A stretch of DNA of 64,000 nt from Balanoglossus misakiensis (GCA_040954595.2 CM082576.2:15733028-15797027); one strand, 5' to 3'; positions 11,911-25,651 are shown, numbered from the stretch's first letter. Numbers and translations: made by a program. Notes: a model not told the origin generated them from the sequence alone.

Positions 11911-14900
11911 CTGCACAAACAAAAACGGTGGAAAGCTATTAACAAGAAACCGAAAATGCGTTCTTACATTGAATTTAAAAGCACATTAGATGTAGAAAAG
12001 TACTTGACTTTAAAACTAGATTTTAAAACACTTCAAACATTCGCTTGTTTGCGCTGTTCCTGTCTTTCGTTACAAATATAGGAAGGTAGACACGCTGGTA
12101 TTCCCAGCACTGAGAGAGTAATGTCAATTCAAATAAGGTTGAAGATGGGTTTCATTTTCTCCTTGAATGTCCTGCCTTTGACAACTTTCGATCAAGGTTT
12201 ATACCAAAAGAATTTTTCATTCACCCAAACAGATGTAAATTCTCCTACGAGTAACGGATGAGGATACATTATATAAGTTGTGTAAATGTGTTTATAAGGC
12301 TTTTAAGCTTCGCACAGATATTCTCTCAAATGAAATGTAATTGTTTTCTTTATTCCTGTCAAACAGTTCCTTTCATTTTCTGTTATCTATTTGTATATTT
12401 TTGAATTGTAACCCCCTTGCATATGGGCCGGTGGCCTTGAGACGCAATAAACTACTAGGTACTTCCCTACTTCCCTGACACGATATTTTACGTTGGTAAG
12501 TGTTTGAAACATGGTATATTGGAGACGTTAGCTCAATCTAGCGACGGGTTGACCCCAAACCTGTTTACATCAGGCATAACTCTACTGAGACCGGAATTAT
12601 TATAAATATCATTGATCATTCAACGAAAATCGCGAATACACTCCAATAATGCCAAGCAGTATAGGTTACTTCTGGGTAATTCATAAAAAATGTTTTGTTG
12701 TATTTCTAAAATTAAACTAAAATGATGGATATTAATTAAAAACTTGCGACAACATGACATAAATGCTTATCAAACAACTCAAATTTGTGTTTTAAACGAT
12801 ATGTTATGCTGAATATCTAAATTGACTAAATATAATTACATGAAGGATGTTAACAACGTGACAACATGACATAAATGCTGAGTCAACAACGCTGCTGAAT
12901 TCGCCATTCATTTTGGTAATAAAAAAAATGTGTTGTTATATTTCTAAAATTAAACTCAAAACTTTACATAAAGGGGGTTAACGTAGTCTAGCTCTGGTAT
13001 ACGAACTGCGTGATTTCAAGATTCAAGCGAGAGATCAGAAGATTAATTTTGAAGGATCAGTGAGTATGTCAGTGAGTATGCCATCACCTTTTCGATTTTG
13101 TTGTAACTTTCATGCTCTTCCACATTCCTTCGCCTTAGTTTCATTACCTATCAGTGCAGACCTTGAGTATAATCGGGTATATATATACTGGTAAAGCGAG
13201 TGATCGACGTGCGCCATCGGAGCATAAATAATGCACGTCGCCATGCAGCAATACACGGCTGAGGGTTACCTGTGGACCCGGGCGTTTAGGACCTTTTATC
13301 GCACCTGGGCTTATTAACTACAACATTTGAAGCAAATGGCTCACAAATGCGAACTACCCAAGTGTTCAGTTTTGCAGAATACCTTTATAAGAAGAAACCA
13401 TCAATTCATTTTCTCAGTGCATACTTTTGAAGAAATAACCCCTTATGAGTCTAATCTTAACCTGTTGCACGACCTCCATGGCCAAGTCATATTTCAGTGA
13501 CTTGCAAAACGGCAATGATTTTATTTATCGGTTGGGCAATATGCCTTCTAACATAAACATTGACAATATTACTTACATTTAAAGCCACAGTATTTCTCGT
13601 AGGGGCAAAATTTTGTTTGAAACGGCATCTATAATTTCTAAAAGTAGATGATAATTGATACTGAATCGAACAGTCATCATCCCCAGCTCTGCTGATAAAC
13701 TCATACAATTTACAATATAACGAGTGAAGAATGACTTTCTGTCCGGACAGAAAGTCACGTGAGTCAGGCTAATGTTGACACACGTGACTAGTGCGCATGC
13801 GCACTAAAATGTGAATCTATGCGGAAGAGGTTTGGTCGCCCCAAATCAAGCGACTCAGCGAAGAAATGCGCACTAATTCGGCGAAATTTTGGGAAGATAA
13901 CTTTATGGGAGAAATCAGTCGATGGAACCAGATCAAATCCGAAAATGGTCTGACCATCAAAATGTCAAAGTGGCACGTTTGCTGATCGACATGTACAACA
14001 TTTCCGTTGTAAACAAACCCGCGCATCATTTCAAGTGTTACGGGCGATATTTTCGGCTTGCATGTAGCTACAATTGCCCAAACCTTTCTTACATCTTCAT
14101 TATATAGTATTCCATGATGGATGTACTGGAAAAACGGAATTTTTTCGATGATGAAAAATGGATGCACACGAGAAATACTGGGGCTTTAATGGTTAATAGG
14201 CTATGAAGATTGCAATTGTACTGTTCTTGGCTTGCATTTCAATTGCAAGCGTTGTTGGTGCACGTGAGGTGAGTATTAATCTAGTTTAGACTTGTAATGA
14301 AAACGGAGTATTCTGTGAAACATAGGTCGGTTCTTCTTATTTTATATGCAAGTTTTATACAACAGATAGCCATTTGTGCTATGTTTGTTTTCAGAAGGTT
14401 TAATATTCAATTTGGGTTAAAAATAGTTTTCATAAAGGGCTGGGTTATATTTCTTCTGTACGTTTGGATTGGGGAACACACACAGTCAATTGTGTATCTT
14501 TTATAGTTTGTGTATCGGTGGAAGAATGCTTTAAACGGGGGTTTTCAGTTAATGGGCCCACGGCAATTAATTAGAAAATCGGATAATTAACATGTGCACA
14601 CCTGGAATCAATAATCGCATGGGCCGATAGTCCATTCGAATGTTGTATGGGGTATTTATATCATTATCGCCACTGAAACTGCCACTTTTATATGATCAAA
14701 TCAAATACCGTCTTAAAAACACATATTGTTCTGAAACGGCTTAGATTCGAGACGGCTTTGCCGGTAAGACCTGAGCCAGTGTAAGGATTAACACCTCTTG
14801 GCAACCCATTGTCTGTGGGGCCGAACTGTTTATGTATATGGACACAACGCGACTCAAATAGTGTCTCAAAAGTGTCCCTGTATGAACCTGGTATTAGTTC

Positions 14901-15569
14901 AGTGGCAAACAAAAAGGAGTGACCCACAGTACATGTGTGCAATAGGAAGAAACGTCACGTTGCTCCGTTGAAATTTCCAACACGCAGTTGTTATAGAGTG
15001 CTCAAATTAAACAAGCCTTCACATTAACCTTTTCAGTTTGCTTTTGATTGTTTTGTTGCATAGTGCACTTTCACTGAAGGGAGTGATGGCTACTTTGACT
15101 GTCAATATAAAAATTATGGTGCCATAGACCCATGCTCTCAGTATAAGGTGAGTTAGTCATCAGTTTTAATTACAATGCATTATAACTTAATCTATTTATT
15201 CAGCCAGCGAACAAGCTATTAATTCGGTTGAAAGATGTTGATGCTGGATTTTTTTTCTGTGGTATTTTTAACATTCTGGAGTCTGGAAGAACTGACAAGT
15301 CATAACAGCCGATGTTCATAAAAGAACAATATATACTAGTATATATAATTAAGATCATCTGAATTCTGGTTGCATTCTCTGATGATGAAGTTTTTTTTTT
15401 TTTTTTTTTTTTTTTTTTATTGAGCATTTCAGAAGAAAAAAAAAGACAAGACAGAGAGGTACAAAAAAACGAGAAAAACAGGCTGGGAAGTGTTTGGCAA
15501 ACTGTAGTAAACTTACATCTGATAAAGAAAGAAAACAAAAACAAAGTTACATCCGCGTATATTTACTAT

Positions 15570-18500
15570 TTATAATGGTGGGGACTGTCCACAAAACTGA
15601 CTTAGTTGTTTCCATTTGGGATCAGGGTTCATTTTGTCAAATTCTTTTAATTTCATTTTACATTTTTCAATTTCAATTTTTTGTTGTACCCATTTCATAA
15701 AATATTGTATGTTTGGTATTTTGTGTTTTTTCTTACATTCGTATTTATGTTTCTTACCTAAAAGAATGATAAAATTGACAAGTGAAAAGTTGTCTTCCAT
15801 GATCTTTCCCAAAATTACATTCTCTGGTGATAGAGTAAGTTGAATATTACAATTTCGAAGCAGAACTAATTCAATATCTCCCCAGAATTGTAGGACATAT
15901 TCACATTCAAAGAAAAGATGAATTATGTCTTCAGTCCAAAGATGACAGAAAGTACATTTGTCTGAATCAATTACATTTCTTATTCTTAGAAATCTATTTG
16001 TATCTATGATTCGAGTTAATATTTTATACTGGAAACTTTGCAGTGCTGTGTCATCTGTGATTTTGAAAATAAGTGGAAAGAATTTTGTTAGCCCTTCATT
16101 CAGATTGAATTCCTCTATCCATTTCGTTGTGCTGCTTTGAGATTTTACTCTTTTCATTGTGCAATTTTGAAAAAGGTTTAAATAAACTTGCCTACAAACT
16201 TTTCCTGATATGAACAGTTGGTTGTTATTTAATTGATTTGGGTTCTTTTTAGCATTTTCTTTCCACTGTCTCGGTATGGCGTCAATGAGACACATATACT
16301 TAAACACTTCAGAGTTGGGCAGATCAAATTTTTTTCTGAGATCTTTAAAGTCCATTATACAATGTTTTTCATCTAAAAGGTCTTTGAAGTTACAAATACC
16401 CTGTTGATGCCAGGTTAGATAATGCACTATTTTATCACCGATTAAAATATTTGGATTTGCCCAGAGGCACTCTGAAATTGACCCTCTGGCCTGGATTTTA
16501 TTATTTGTGGGAAACCACGTGATCAGCGTGTTTTTCCAAAATAAATTTTGACTAAAGTAAGTAAAGGCCACTTTTTTAGCAATTTGCGCAGTGAAGTAGG
16601 GAAAACAGTGTCCACTGTAATATTAAATAATTGTTTCCATTGTCCCGGTTTATCATCCATCAATCTGTATAACCATGATATATGGAGCGAATCAGCCAAT
16701 GTTGACAAATCTACCATATTCAATCCACCATTTTGAATATCACAGCACAGCCTGAGCCTATTAATTTTTGCTTGTCTGTTATTCCAAATAAAGCTTGAAA
16801 AAGCATCATTTAACTGTTGTAGCAGTGAAATCGACATCTTTGGAAGTATTGACATGATATGAATGAGCTTAGGTACTGCCAATGTCTTAACAACACATAT
16901 TTTCCCACGCAATGTCAGTGGCCGCATGGACCACATATTCAAAAGTCGTTTAATTGAATCAATTACCGGAATATAGTTCAGTTTTTCGTATTTCTCTAAT
17001 TTGACGTCAAAGGTAATTCCAAGCAGAGTGAAAGGTTCGTCAGACCAATGTATATTATAATCAGTTTCTAATTGTTCATTACAGTATGCTTTCGAACCAA
17101 ACCAAATAGCTTTTGTTTTCTCAAAATTTGGACGAAGACCGGAAATCAAAGAAAATTGTTTTAGTATTAAAAGCACTTCCTGCAATGAGCTTTGTGATCC
17201 ATCTAGAAATAAGAATGAATCGTCAGCATATTGACCTAGTAGAAATTTCTCATGTTCTACTTGGAATCCTTTGACGTGGGGAGATCTTCTTAATGCAGCA
17301 GCTAAAAGCTCAACAGCTGTTATGAATAAATAAGGTGACAGAGGATCACCCTGTCGAACACCTCTATGTATATTGAAAAAAGATGAAAATTGTCCGTTAT
17401 TTATAACACAACTGTTTATATTTTTATAACACACTTCTATCCACCTACAGAATGTATGGCCAAAGTTAAAATATTTTAACGTTTTAAGCATGTAATCCCA
17501 TTCTATTGAATCAAATGCCTTTTCGAAGTCGAGCAACAGCATTAACCCAGGTAGATTTCTTACTTTAGCAATAGAAAATATATCATAGACTAGTCGGGTA
17601 TTTTCACCAATAAAACGCCCTTTTAAAAAGCCCTTTTGATTCTCATGAATAATACTTGGCAATACGTTTTTCATTCTGTCAGCTAAAATTGCCGAGGCAA
17701 TTTTGTAATCGGTATTTAGTAAAGTTATTGGTCGCCAATTCTTCAATAATTGTCTGTTTTTGTTCTGTTTCGGTATGCATGTAATTATTCCTTGTTTTTG
17801 TGTTACTGAAAATTCCCCCTTTTGATAGGCTTCGTTCAATGACCGTGTGACCAGATTCCCAACTGATGTCCAGAACATTTTGTAAAACTCGGCCGGAAAG
17901 CCATCAGAGCCCGGACTTTTATTGTTTGACATTCTTCTCAACGCTTCTGTACATTCTTTTAATGTTATGGCACCTTCTAACTTTCCACTTTCTTCTGTAC
18001 TAAGTTTAGGGATATCATTGTATTTCAGAAATTCACTCTCGGTGATAGACTCACTGCCTCGTTTGCTGGAATAAAGGGATTCGTAGAAGCATTTCTGTTC
18101 CTCGAGAATTTCTTCTTGTTTTGTTATGACATTGTCGTCCCTTATTAATTTACATATTGTTTTATTTACATACTGTCTTTTTTCTAACGAACAAAAGTAT
18201 TTGGTTGGTTTTTCACCCTCTCCTGACCAACGTGCTTTAGAGCGCAGAATTGCTCCATCTACTTTAGCCTGCCTTAACTGTTCGATTGCCATATTTTTTT
18301 CTTCTAATTTTTCTAAGTTGATCACGGAGGGGGAAACTGTACAAATTCTGTCAAGTTCTTCTATTTCTCTTTCTAAATCTTTCTCTTTTATATTTCTTTC
18401 ACGTTTTTTCTGACTTCCGTAGGCTACAGAGGCGCCCCTTATTTTTAGCTTAATCACGTCCCAGAGTAGCTGATCTGAAATCGTATATTCTTCGTTAGTC

Positions 18501-19348
18501 AGAGACTTTGGGTCACGGTATTCCTTCAAAATTTCTTCAATAGTTTCATTTACCAGGTTAATATAATTTGGGTCACGTAAATGTGAAGTATTCAACTTCC
18601 AGAAACCTCTTCCTCTTTTAGAATTTATAATCGAAGCACTAAAAGAAATCATTGAATGGTCTGTTCTGTATCCAGGGGAAATATGAACACGGTCGGTCGT
18701 TGAAGCAAAGTCTGGAGAAACTAAGAAGTAATCGATCCTGCTTTGAATTAGAGTTGGTTTTTTCCTCCGCCATGTGTACTTTCTATTCTGCTCATTTTGT
18801 GTACGCCAGATGTCTACCAAATTAAACTCTGTGCACAGAAGATCGATGGCCTCTTTTGCTCCAGGATTAACATTTGTTCTATAACCATGTGTATCTATAT
18901 CTAGGTTTCTGACAACATTCCAGTCACCGACGGCTATGATAGAGTTATTTTCGAACATTTCCAAATCTTCATGTAAATTTGAAAAGAAAGCTGGTTCGTC
19001 ATTGTTTGGTCCATATAGGCAGGCCAGCGTAAATCGTTTTTCTTGAATTGTGATGTCCAATAAAATAGACCTCCCCGCCAAATCACTTTTTAGTTTGTTC
19101 ACTTTAAACTCAACATTTCTACAAAATAGAATTGCCACCCCTCTGCTATTGCTCGACCCCGAACTGAAAAAGCATGGTGCACCCCATTCAATTCGCCACC
19201 TATTTATATCTTCTTCTGTGGAATGTGTCTCTTGTAAACAGCAGATAGAAAAATTTTTTTGTCTAAGCCAAAGAAACAGATCTTTTCGTTTTTTATAGTC
19301 TCTCAATCCGCGGACATTAATAGACATTATTTCTAATTTGTCAGACAT
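15570..19348 (-). CDS. LINE ORF2p: APE endonuclease, reverse transcriptase, C-terminal Cys/His domain; one frameshift at ~16525-16625
   Basis: SINVRGL, CLQETH, GDWN, SRIDYF, TDH (endonuclease); KSPGSDG, NWRPITLLN, LDFEKAFD, GVRQGDPLSP, QYADD (RT); CTFC..EDIIHLFFEC in the downstream frame 15570-16571. Confidence 0.95.
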
Positions 19349-19912
19349 AGAAATTCATCTTTAAAGAAAAAAAATGCCAAATCGCAGCAGAAAAAAAAAC
19401 AGCAACAGCGAAACACGGAAAAGGCACCAAAAAGAAAGGAGAAGGAAAAAAAAGAAAGGAACGAAGAAAAACAACCACAAACAAAAACCACGCACACAAA
19501 AAGAAAGAAAACAAACAAAAGGCACCGGAACGAAGGAGGAGGAAAAAAAATCAATGGCGGGAAAGGCGTAAACCAAACACCTGTACAGAATAACGTGATA
19601 AACCATGGTGGAGTAGGTTGCGGTTTGAGAAACTCCCCCAAGTAGAACCTCTTGTATACATTCACCCGGTTTTTCAGCAATGACTTGTGAAAGTGATTAC
19701 CATAACAATATGCATTGACAATTAACACGTTTTAAAAATAGCGATCACACTTTTCCAGATGCATATTGATGAAATGGGGACCAAGCGCGGGAAACGAAAC
19801 AAAGCAAATAAAGAGAAACCGACATTTTGTCGTTAATTTAGCCTGTGGCCCCATCTCAAAAGAGAAAAAAAGTAAACATTTTGTGCATCTTACATTTGGA
19901 AAAATGAAAAAT

Positions 19913-20743
19913 TCACACTTGACGTTGATGAGGCCTATATGGGCGCCCATCAATAAAGAGCTTGCCATTTCTGAATGCAACGTCTCTCTTCTCTTTTCTG
20001 GCGGCGTCCATGATGGGTTTCAACTCTCGCCTTCTTTCGTAGTCTTCTTTCGGTAAATCGTTCACCACAAATATGTCTTTACCTTCTAGAATGTTCCTTG
20101 CCTTCTTCAGGATCGTAAACTTCTGGGGTCTGCTGTGTAGCCGCACGATGATATGTCTCGGTCTGTCTTTCCCCTTGAAGCCAGTTCTATGGGCATTCTC
20201 TATTTCGTTTGGTGATGTTTTAAAGTGGCATGACAAGATTTCTTGGGCGATGGCTAAAGTATCTTCGTCCTGTTTTTCTTCCACTCCGCCTATTCGAATG
20301 TTGAAACTTCTTGTGTATCTTTCAAGTCGAACATTGTCTTCTTTCAAATCCTTGAGTTCTTGTTTCGAAATCACATAACGAGTTTCTATATCCACCAACT
20401 GTTTTCTCAGACTCTCTGCGTTTGCTTTCATGTCGACAACTTCGTCTCCCGTATGCTGTAGAGATTTCTCTAAATCTTTTTGTGCCGATTCAACAACATC
20501 AAGTCCATTCAACATATGCCTTTGAATGTCGTTGTTTTCTTTCAATTCAGTTTGTATCTTTGTAACAGCCTCAAACATAAACTTACGGAACTCCGAGTCG
20601 TCTTCCAGTATTCTCTTCTCTGTTGTGACATTGAAACCCTCGAAGTCCGTTAGACGCTTCGGGCTCGGCGAGCTGAGCGCTGGCGGTTGACTCGTCGGCG
20701 TTTTCTTGTTCGAATTTTGTGTTTTGCGACCACTTGACGGCAT
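19913..20743 (-). CDS. LINE ORF1p (coiled coil + RRM + CTD, L1-type), 276 aa
   Basis: Heptad-rich middle; NIRIGGVEE, IENAHRTG, RPRHIIVRL and KLFIDG motifs; lies upstream of ORF2. Confidence 0.92.
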   Translation of the reverse strand: MPSSGRKTQNSNKKTPTSQPPALSSPSPKRLTDFEGFNVTTEKRILEDDSEFRKFMFEAVTKIQTELKENNDIQRHMLNGLDVVESAQKDLEKSLQHTGDEVVDMKANAESLRKQLVDIETRYVISKQELKDLKEDNVRLERYTRSFNIRIGGVEEKQDEDTLAIAQEILSCHFKTSPNEIENAHRTGFKGKDRPRHIIVRLHSRPQKFTILKKARNILEGKDIFVVNDLPKEDYERRRELKPIMDAARKEKRDVAFRNGKLFIDGRPYRPHQRQV

Positions 20744-21096
20744 CCTCCCTATATTCTGACTACTCGCAGTGATGATTGAAGTTTGGAAGGGGGGATGGCT
20801 GAGAAAGCGGGTAGAAAGTCTTAGAAATTAGACTGAGGTGGCGGAGCTTCACCAGCACACGTCTTCACTGTAGCGCCATTGGTATGCTCAAATATGATGA
20901 CCTTCCCAAAATATTTATCCTGATGATGAAGTTTACTTTTGCGTGATAACTACGATTTTGCCTTAACTATGGTTTATTTTAGGCAGTAAAGCAGTGTGTT
21001 CTTGAATTGCCATGCACAGTTGCTCACTACGTGGCATTTTTTGGATCAATCTATTTCTCGTACGTGTAAGGAATGAAATAAATCAACTTGATAAGG

Positions 21097-21204
21097 TATG
21101 TATGTATGTGTGTGTGTATGTATGTATGTATGTATGTATGTATGTATGTATGTATGTATGTATGTACGTATGTATGTATGCATGCATGCATGCATGCATG
21201 CATG
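21097..21204. repeat. Microsatellite (TATG)n(CATG)n between the two LINEs
   Basis: Directly visible. Confidence 0.97.
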
Positions 21205-21330
21205 CGTGTAATGTATACGGACACAAGCGACACAAATGATTAAATGCTATGTGTTTATAATTACCACAGGCAAATAGTGTCTCAATAGTTTTCGTGTGTG
21301 AACCTGGTAAAATGTCAGTAATAACGATAA

Positions 21331-24300
21331 GTGCCACCACGTGAGTGCTGTGCCTTGCTTATTATTGACGGTAAAGTGAACAGACGCTTAGAAGCTGTAG
21401 CTTAATTAATAATGTAGTTGGGTTAAGTTTACGGAGTTTGTTTTTACGAAGGTTCTGTGTGTTCATTTTGCAGTATTTTCATATGGGTATTTGCGGGGTT
21501 GGAGACATTCTATTCTTCGGCTTTGTTTATCGGCGCCTTTTCTCTCCTTCCTTTTGTTTCCCCCCCCCCCTTGTTGTGTTTTTGTGTGTTTTTTTTCTTT
21601 CTTGTCTTTTTCCGTTCCTCATGTGTGTCGTTGATAATTGCTCCTTATTTGTTTTCCCCTCTTTGGTATCATGGTCAAAAAAAAAATTCCCATTGACAAT
21701 TTCTCTATGCTTTTTATTTTTTTATTTTTCATGATTCTTTCTTTTTTATTCCATTTTCCGCTATATATGACTGGTGTCTGTAAGATTGATATTGCTTCCT
21801 ACAACTGTAATGGGCTAGCTAACTCAGTTAAAAGAAGGGAGATTTTTACTTGGTTGCGTGATAAATCACACAACATTTATTGCTTACAAGAAACCCACTC
21901 CACTGAACACAGTGAACAGTATTGGAAAGCTGAATGGGGTGCTGACATCCTGTTTAGTCATGGCACAAGTAATCGGAGAGGGGTTGCGATTCTGTTTAAA
22001 AATAATTTCTCTTATACCCTTCACCAAACTAGGGTTGATTCTGATGGCCGTTGGATCATGATTGATATCACTGTTGATGCGCAGCGGTTCATCCTTGTTT
22101 GCATTTATGCCCCAAATGATGACACTCCTGTTTTCTTTGAGAATATTCACTCAATTCTTTTTAATTTTGGTAATGATACGTCGAATATCATTATTCTTGG
22201 AGACTACAACACTGTTCAAGATGACTTGCTTGATAGAGTTGGCACTGGTCGGGGTAATTATCATATGAATGCATTCAAAAGCATTAAACAATTAATGCAT
22301 TCGTGGGACTTATGTGACATCTGGCGGTTACGTAATCCAACTGTGAGGCGTTACACCTGGAGAAGAGGTAATCGTGCCAGTAGAATAGATTATTTTCTAG
22401 TGTCTTTTTGTCTTTCTTCAAAAATTATGAATGTTGTCATTGGAGAAAGATATCGTTCTGACCATCATCTCATTAGTATTGGTTTTGAAACTAGTGTTTT
22501 CACGCGTGGCAAGGGTTACTGGCATTTTAATAATTCTCTTCTTAACGATCAGAATTTCATCACCCAGTCAAAACGCTTTATTTCAGATTTCTTTAGTGCT
22601 AATAATGGTTCTGCGAATCCAAACAGTGTTTGGGATGCTTTCAAATGTGCTTTTAGAGGTCATTGCATTAAATTTAGCTCAATTAAACAGCGCAAATGTA
22701 AAGAAAAGGAGAATCGTTTAATTGAGGAAATTAATGAGCTTCATACTATTATTGACTCGGGTTCTGATCATTATACAGATGACAATAATCTGCATTTATC
22801 GATGAAACAGGACGAACTTGAGTCTATTTATGCAGCTAGAACAGCTGGGCTTATGATTCGTGCCAAAGGTAGATGGCTTAATTGGGGCGAACGTCCTACA
22901 AAATATTTTCTTAATCTTGTTCACAGAAACTATTCAAGAAAAAATGTTATGTCTCTTGTTCGGTCTGACGGAACTATTTTATCAAACCCAACAGACATTT
23001 TGAGGGAAGAAGTTGTATTTTTTAAAGAACTTTATGCATTTGTAGACCCTCCAGTCCCTCTTAATCATGAGGACTGTTCCATTTTGTTTACCGATAACCA
23101 TGTGAATCGGCTGAGTAGTTTTGAACAGCATATATGTGAAGGCTCTATTACTGCCAATGAATTATGGCAAGCCATTAAATCCTTCCCAACTGGAAAATCT
23201 CCAGGGTTGGATGGTATGCCCGTTGAAATTTATAAAGCTTTCTTCACAGAATTGTGCACTCCCATGCTTAATAGCTTCAATTATTCCTTTGAATGCGGCT
23301 TTTTATCACCTTCACAGAGGGAGGGGCTATTATCACTTCTCCTTAAACAGGATGCGCAGGGTAATGATAAGGACCCCACTTTTTTAAAGAATTGGAGACC
23401 TTTAACTTTACTTTGTTGTGATACTCGCATTCTTGCCAAAAGTCTCTCATTGCGTGTTAAACGAGTTATTACTACAATTATCAATGAGGACCAAACTGGT
23501 TTTATTCATGGTAGATTTATTGCAGATAATATTAGGAGGCTTTTGGAGATTATAGATTTGTACGAGAAGAATAAAGAGCCAGGTTTGGTCTTCATTGCTG
23601 ATTTTGAGAAGGCTTTTGACAAATTGAGATGGGATTTTATTCTTAAGAGCTTAGAGTATTTTAATTTCGGTCCTTCTTTTCTGTCATGGATAAAAGTTTT
23701 GTATAACAATATTTCCAGTCGTATTATCAATTATGGTCATATTTCTGAAAATTTTATTCTTTCTCGGGGTGTTCGACAGGGTTGCCCACTGTCGCCATAT
23801 TTATTTGTAATAGCCGTAGAAATGCTGGCAATACGGGTGAGAACATGTAATGACTTTAAAGGTCTAAAGACAGGCCCTATCGATAACAAGATTTCACAAT
23901 ATGCCGATGACACAAACTTTCCTTGTCAACCTGATTATTGTTCTTTTAATGCTTTGCTTGATATTTTGAAAGTGTTTTCTACATTCTCTGGTCTGAAACC
24001 CAATTATGAGAAATGTAAGGTATTGCGCATTGGGTCTCTTAAAAACACAGATTTCCATATCAATACCGCCTTTCCTTTAGTATGGACTGATGGCGATGTT
24101 AATGTTCTTGGTATCCACATTCCAAATAATTCATCACATCTTGTAACTGTCAACTTTAATCCTCGGCTTGAAAAGGCGAGGAAGATACTGCAGCCATGGC
24201 AGGGTAGGGGGCTCACTTTTTATGGGAAAGTAACAATTATAAAATCCTTGGTCAATTCACAGTTTACTCATCTTTTCATGTCTCTACCATCTCCTGGTAA

Positions 24301-25651
24301 TGACTTCTTTAAAAAGTATGAAACTTTAGTTTTCAATTTTTGTGGGGTGGTAAGCGAGACAAGATTAAGAGGAATACCATCTACAATTCATATGTAAATG
24401 GGGGTCTCAATTTGACAAATTTGCCTGCCTTTAATTTGACGCTAAAGACAGCCTGGTTTTTGAGGATCATGTGCAACAATAGTTTATTTTGTAGTAAATG
24501 GTATAAATTTGTTCTTTCCAGTTTTGGTGGGCCCCAAGTGTATTATGCCAATTTAAAAAAAGATGATTTTCATATTTTGAACCCCATTAATTCTGTTTTT
24601 TTAAGACAAATGTTTTCAGCATGGCTGCAGTATAATACCACTACAGTATCTGATAAAGACGATGTATGCCAAGAACTAATTTGCAATAATTCTGAGATAC
24701 GAATTAGTGATAAGCCAATATTGTGGAATAACTTTTCAAGGAATGGTGTTATTTTTATTAATGATCTTATCGATGCTAATTGTAAGTTTTATAATTATGA
24801 GCAGTTTACTACAATATATGGTAATATTTGTACACAATTTCAGTATAATCAATTATTATGTGCAATACCACTTGATTGGAAAAATATTGTACAGAATTCA
24901 CACTCGTCCAAACTACTGGTATGTAAGCCTAATTTTCGTAATCCCAATTGTTTGTCTGGTAAAAAACTCAATAGAGAGATGTACACTTTTTTTCTGAATT
25001 TACAAACACCTCAGGAGCTTTCTCCACACATAATACGTTATTGGTACGATGTATTTGATGAAGTATTTTCCTTAAAAACTGTGTTTTCGCTTCCTTTCAA
25101 ATTAACAAATGATATTAAGCTTTGGAATTTTCAGTACAAACTAATAATGAAGATCTTGCCTTCAAACCGCATGCTTTACAAATGGCGAATAATTGACTCC
25201 CCACTTTGTATTTTTTGTAAAGATGTCGTAGAGGATTATTACCATCTTTTTTGGGATTGTATTTATACTACTCAGTTTTGGATTTCAGTGAAAGAGTGGT
25301 TTTTTACTGTTACACTTAATACACTAAGGTTAAGTGCAATGTATTGTATTCTGGGTAATATAGATGAGGGGGGTAGTCAACTTGCAAATTTCATTCTTTT
25401 GATTGGACGTTCTTATATTTTTAAATGTAAAGTATCGAATGTTTTGCCAAACATGCTTCAGTTTAAATCATATGTGAAATCTATTTATAAAATAGAAGAT
25501 AATGTAGCCACTACAAATGATAGACAGGGGATACATCTAGAAAAATGGGGAGCTTTTGTCAACTTGTTCGTTGATTAGTGTTCTTTTTGTGGTTTCTTTC
25601 TTTTTCTTGTCTTTGTCGACTTTTTTGTTTTTGTCCTGTATTTTTGAAATG

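Larger units (their letters stand above)
15391..20919 (-). mobile_element. Full-length L1/Tx1-clade LINE (5'UTR, ORF1, spacer, ORF2, 3'UTR, polyA)
   Basis: PolyT at 15391-15418; TSD CTGATGATGAAGTTT at 15379-15393 and 20920-20934; two ORFs as below. Confidence 0.96.

Noticed and set aside
19333-19728. Phe-rich or Lys-rich ORFs in the LINE inter-ORF spacers (also 21438-21766)
   Set aside because: Low-complexity T-rich spacer; the apparent hydrophobic N-terminal extension of ORF2 from 21638 relies on a non-ATG start.
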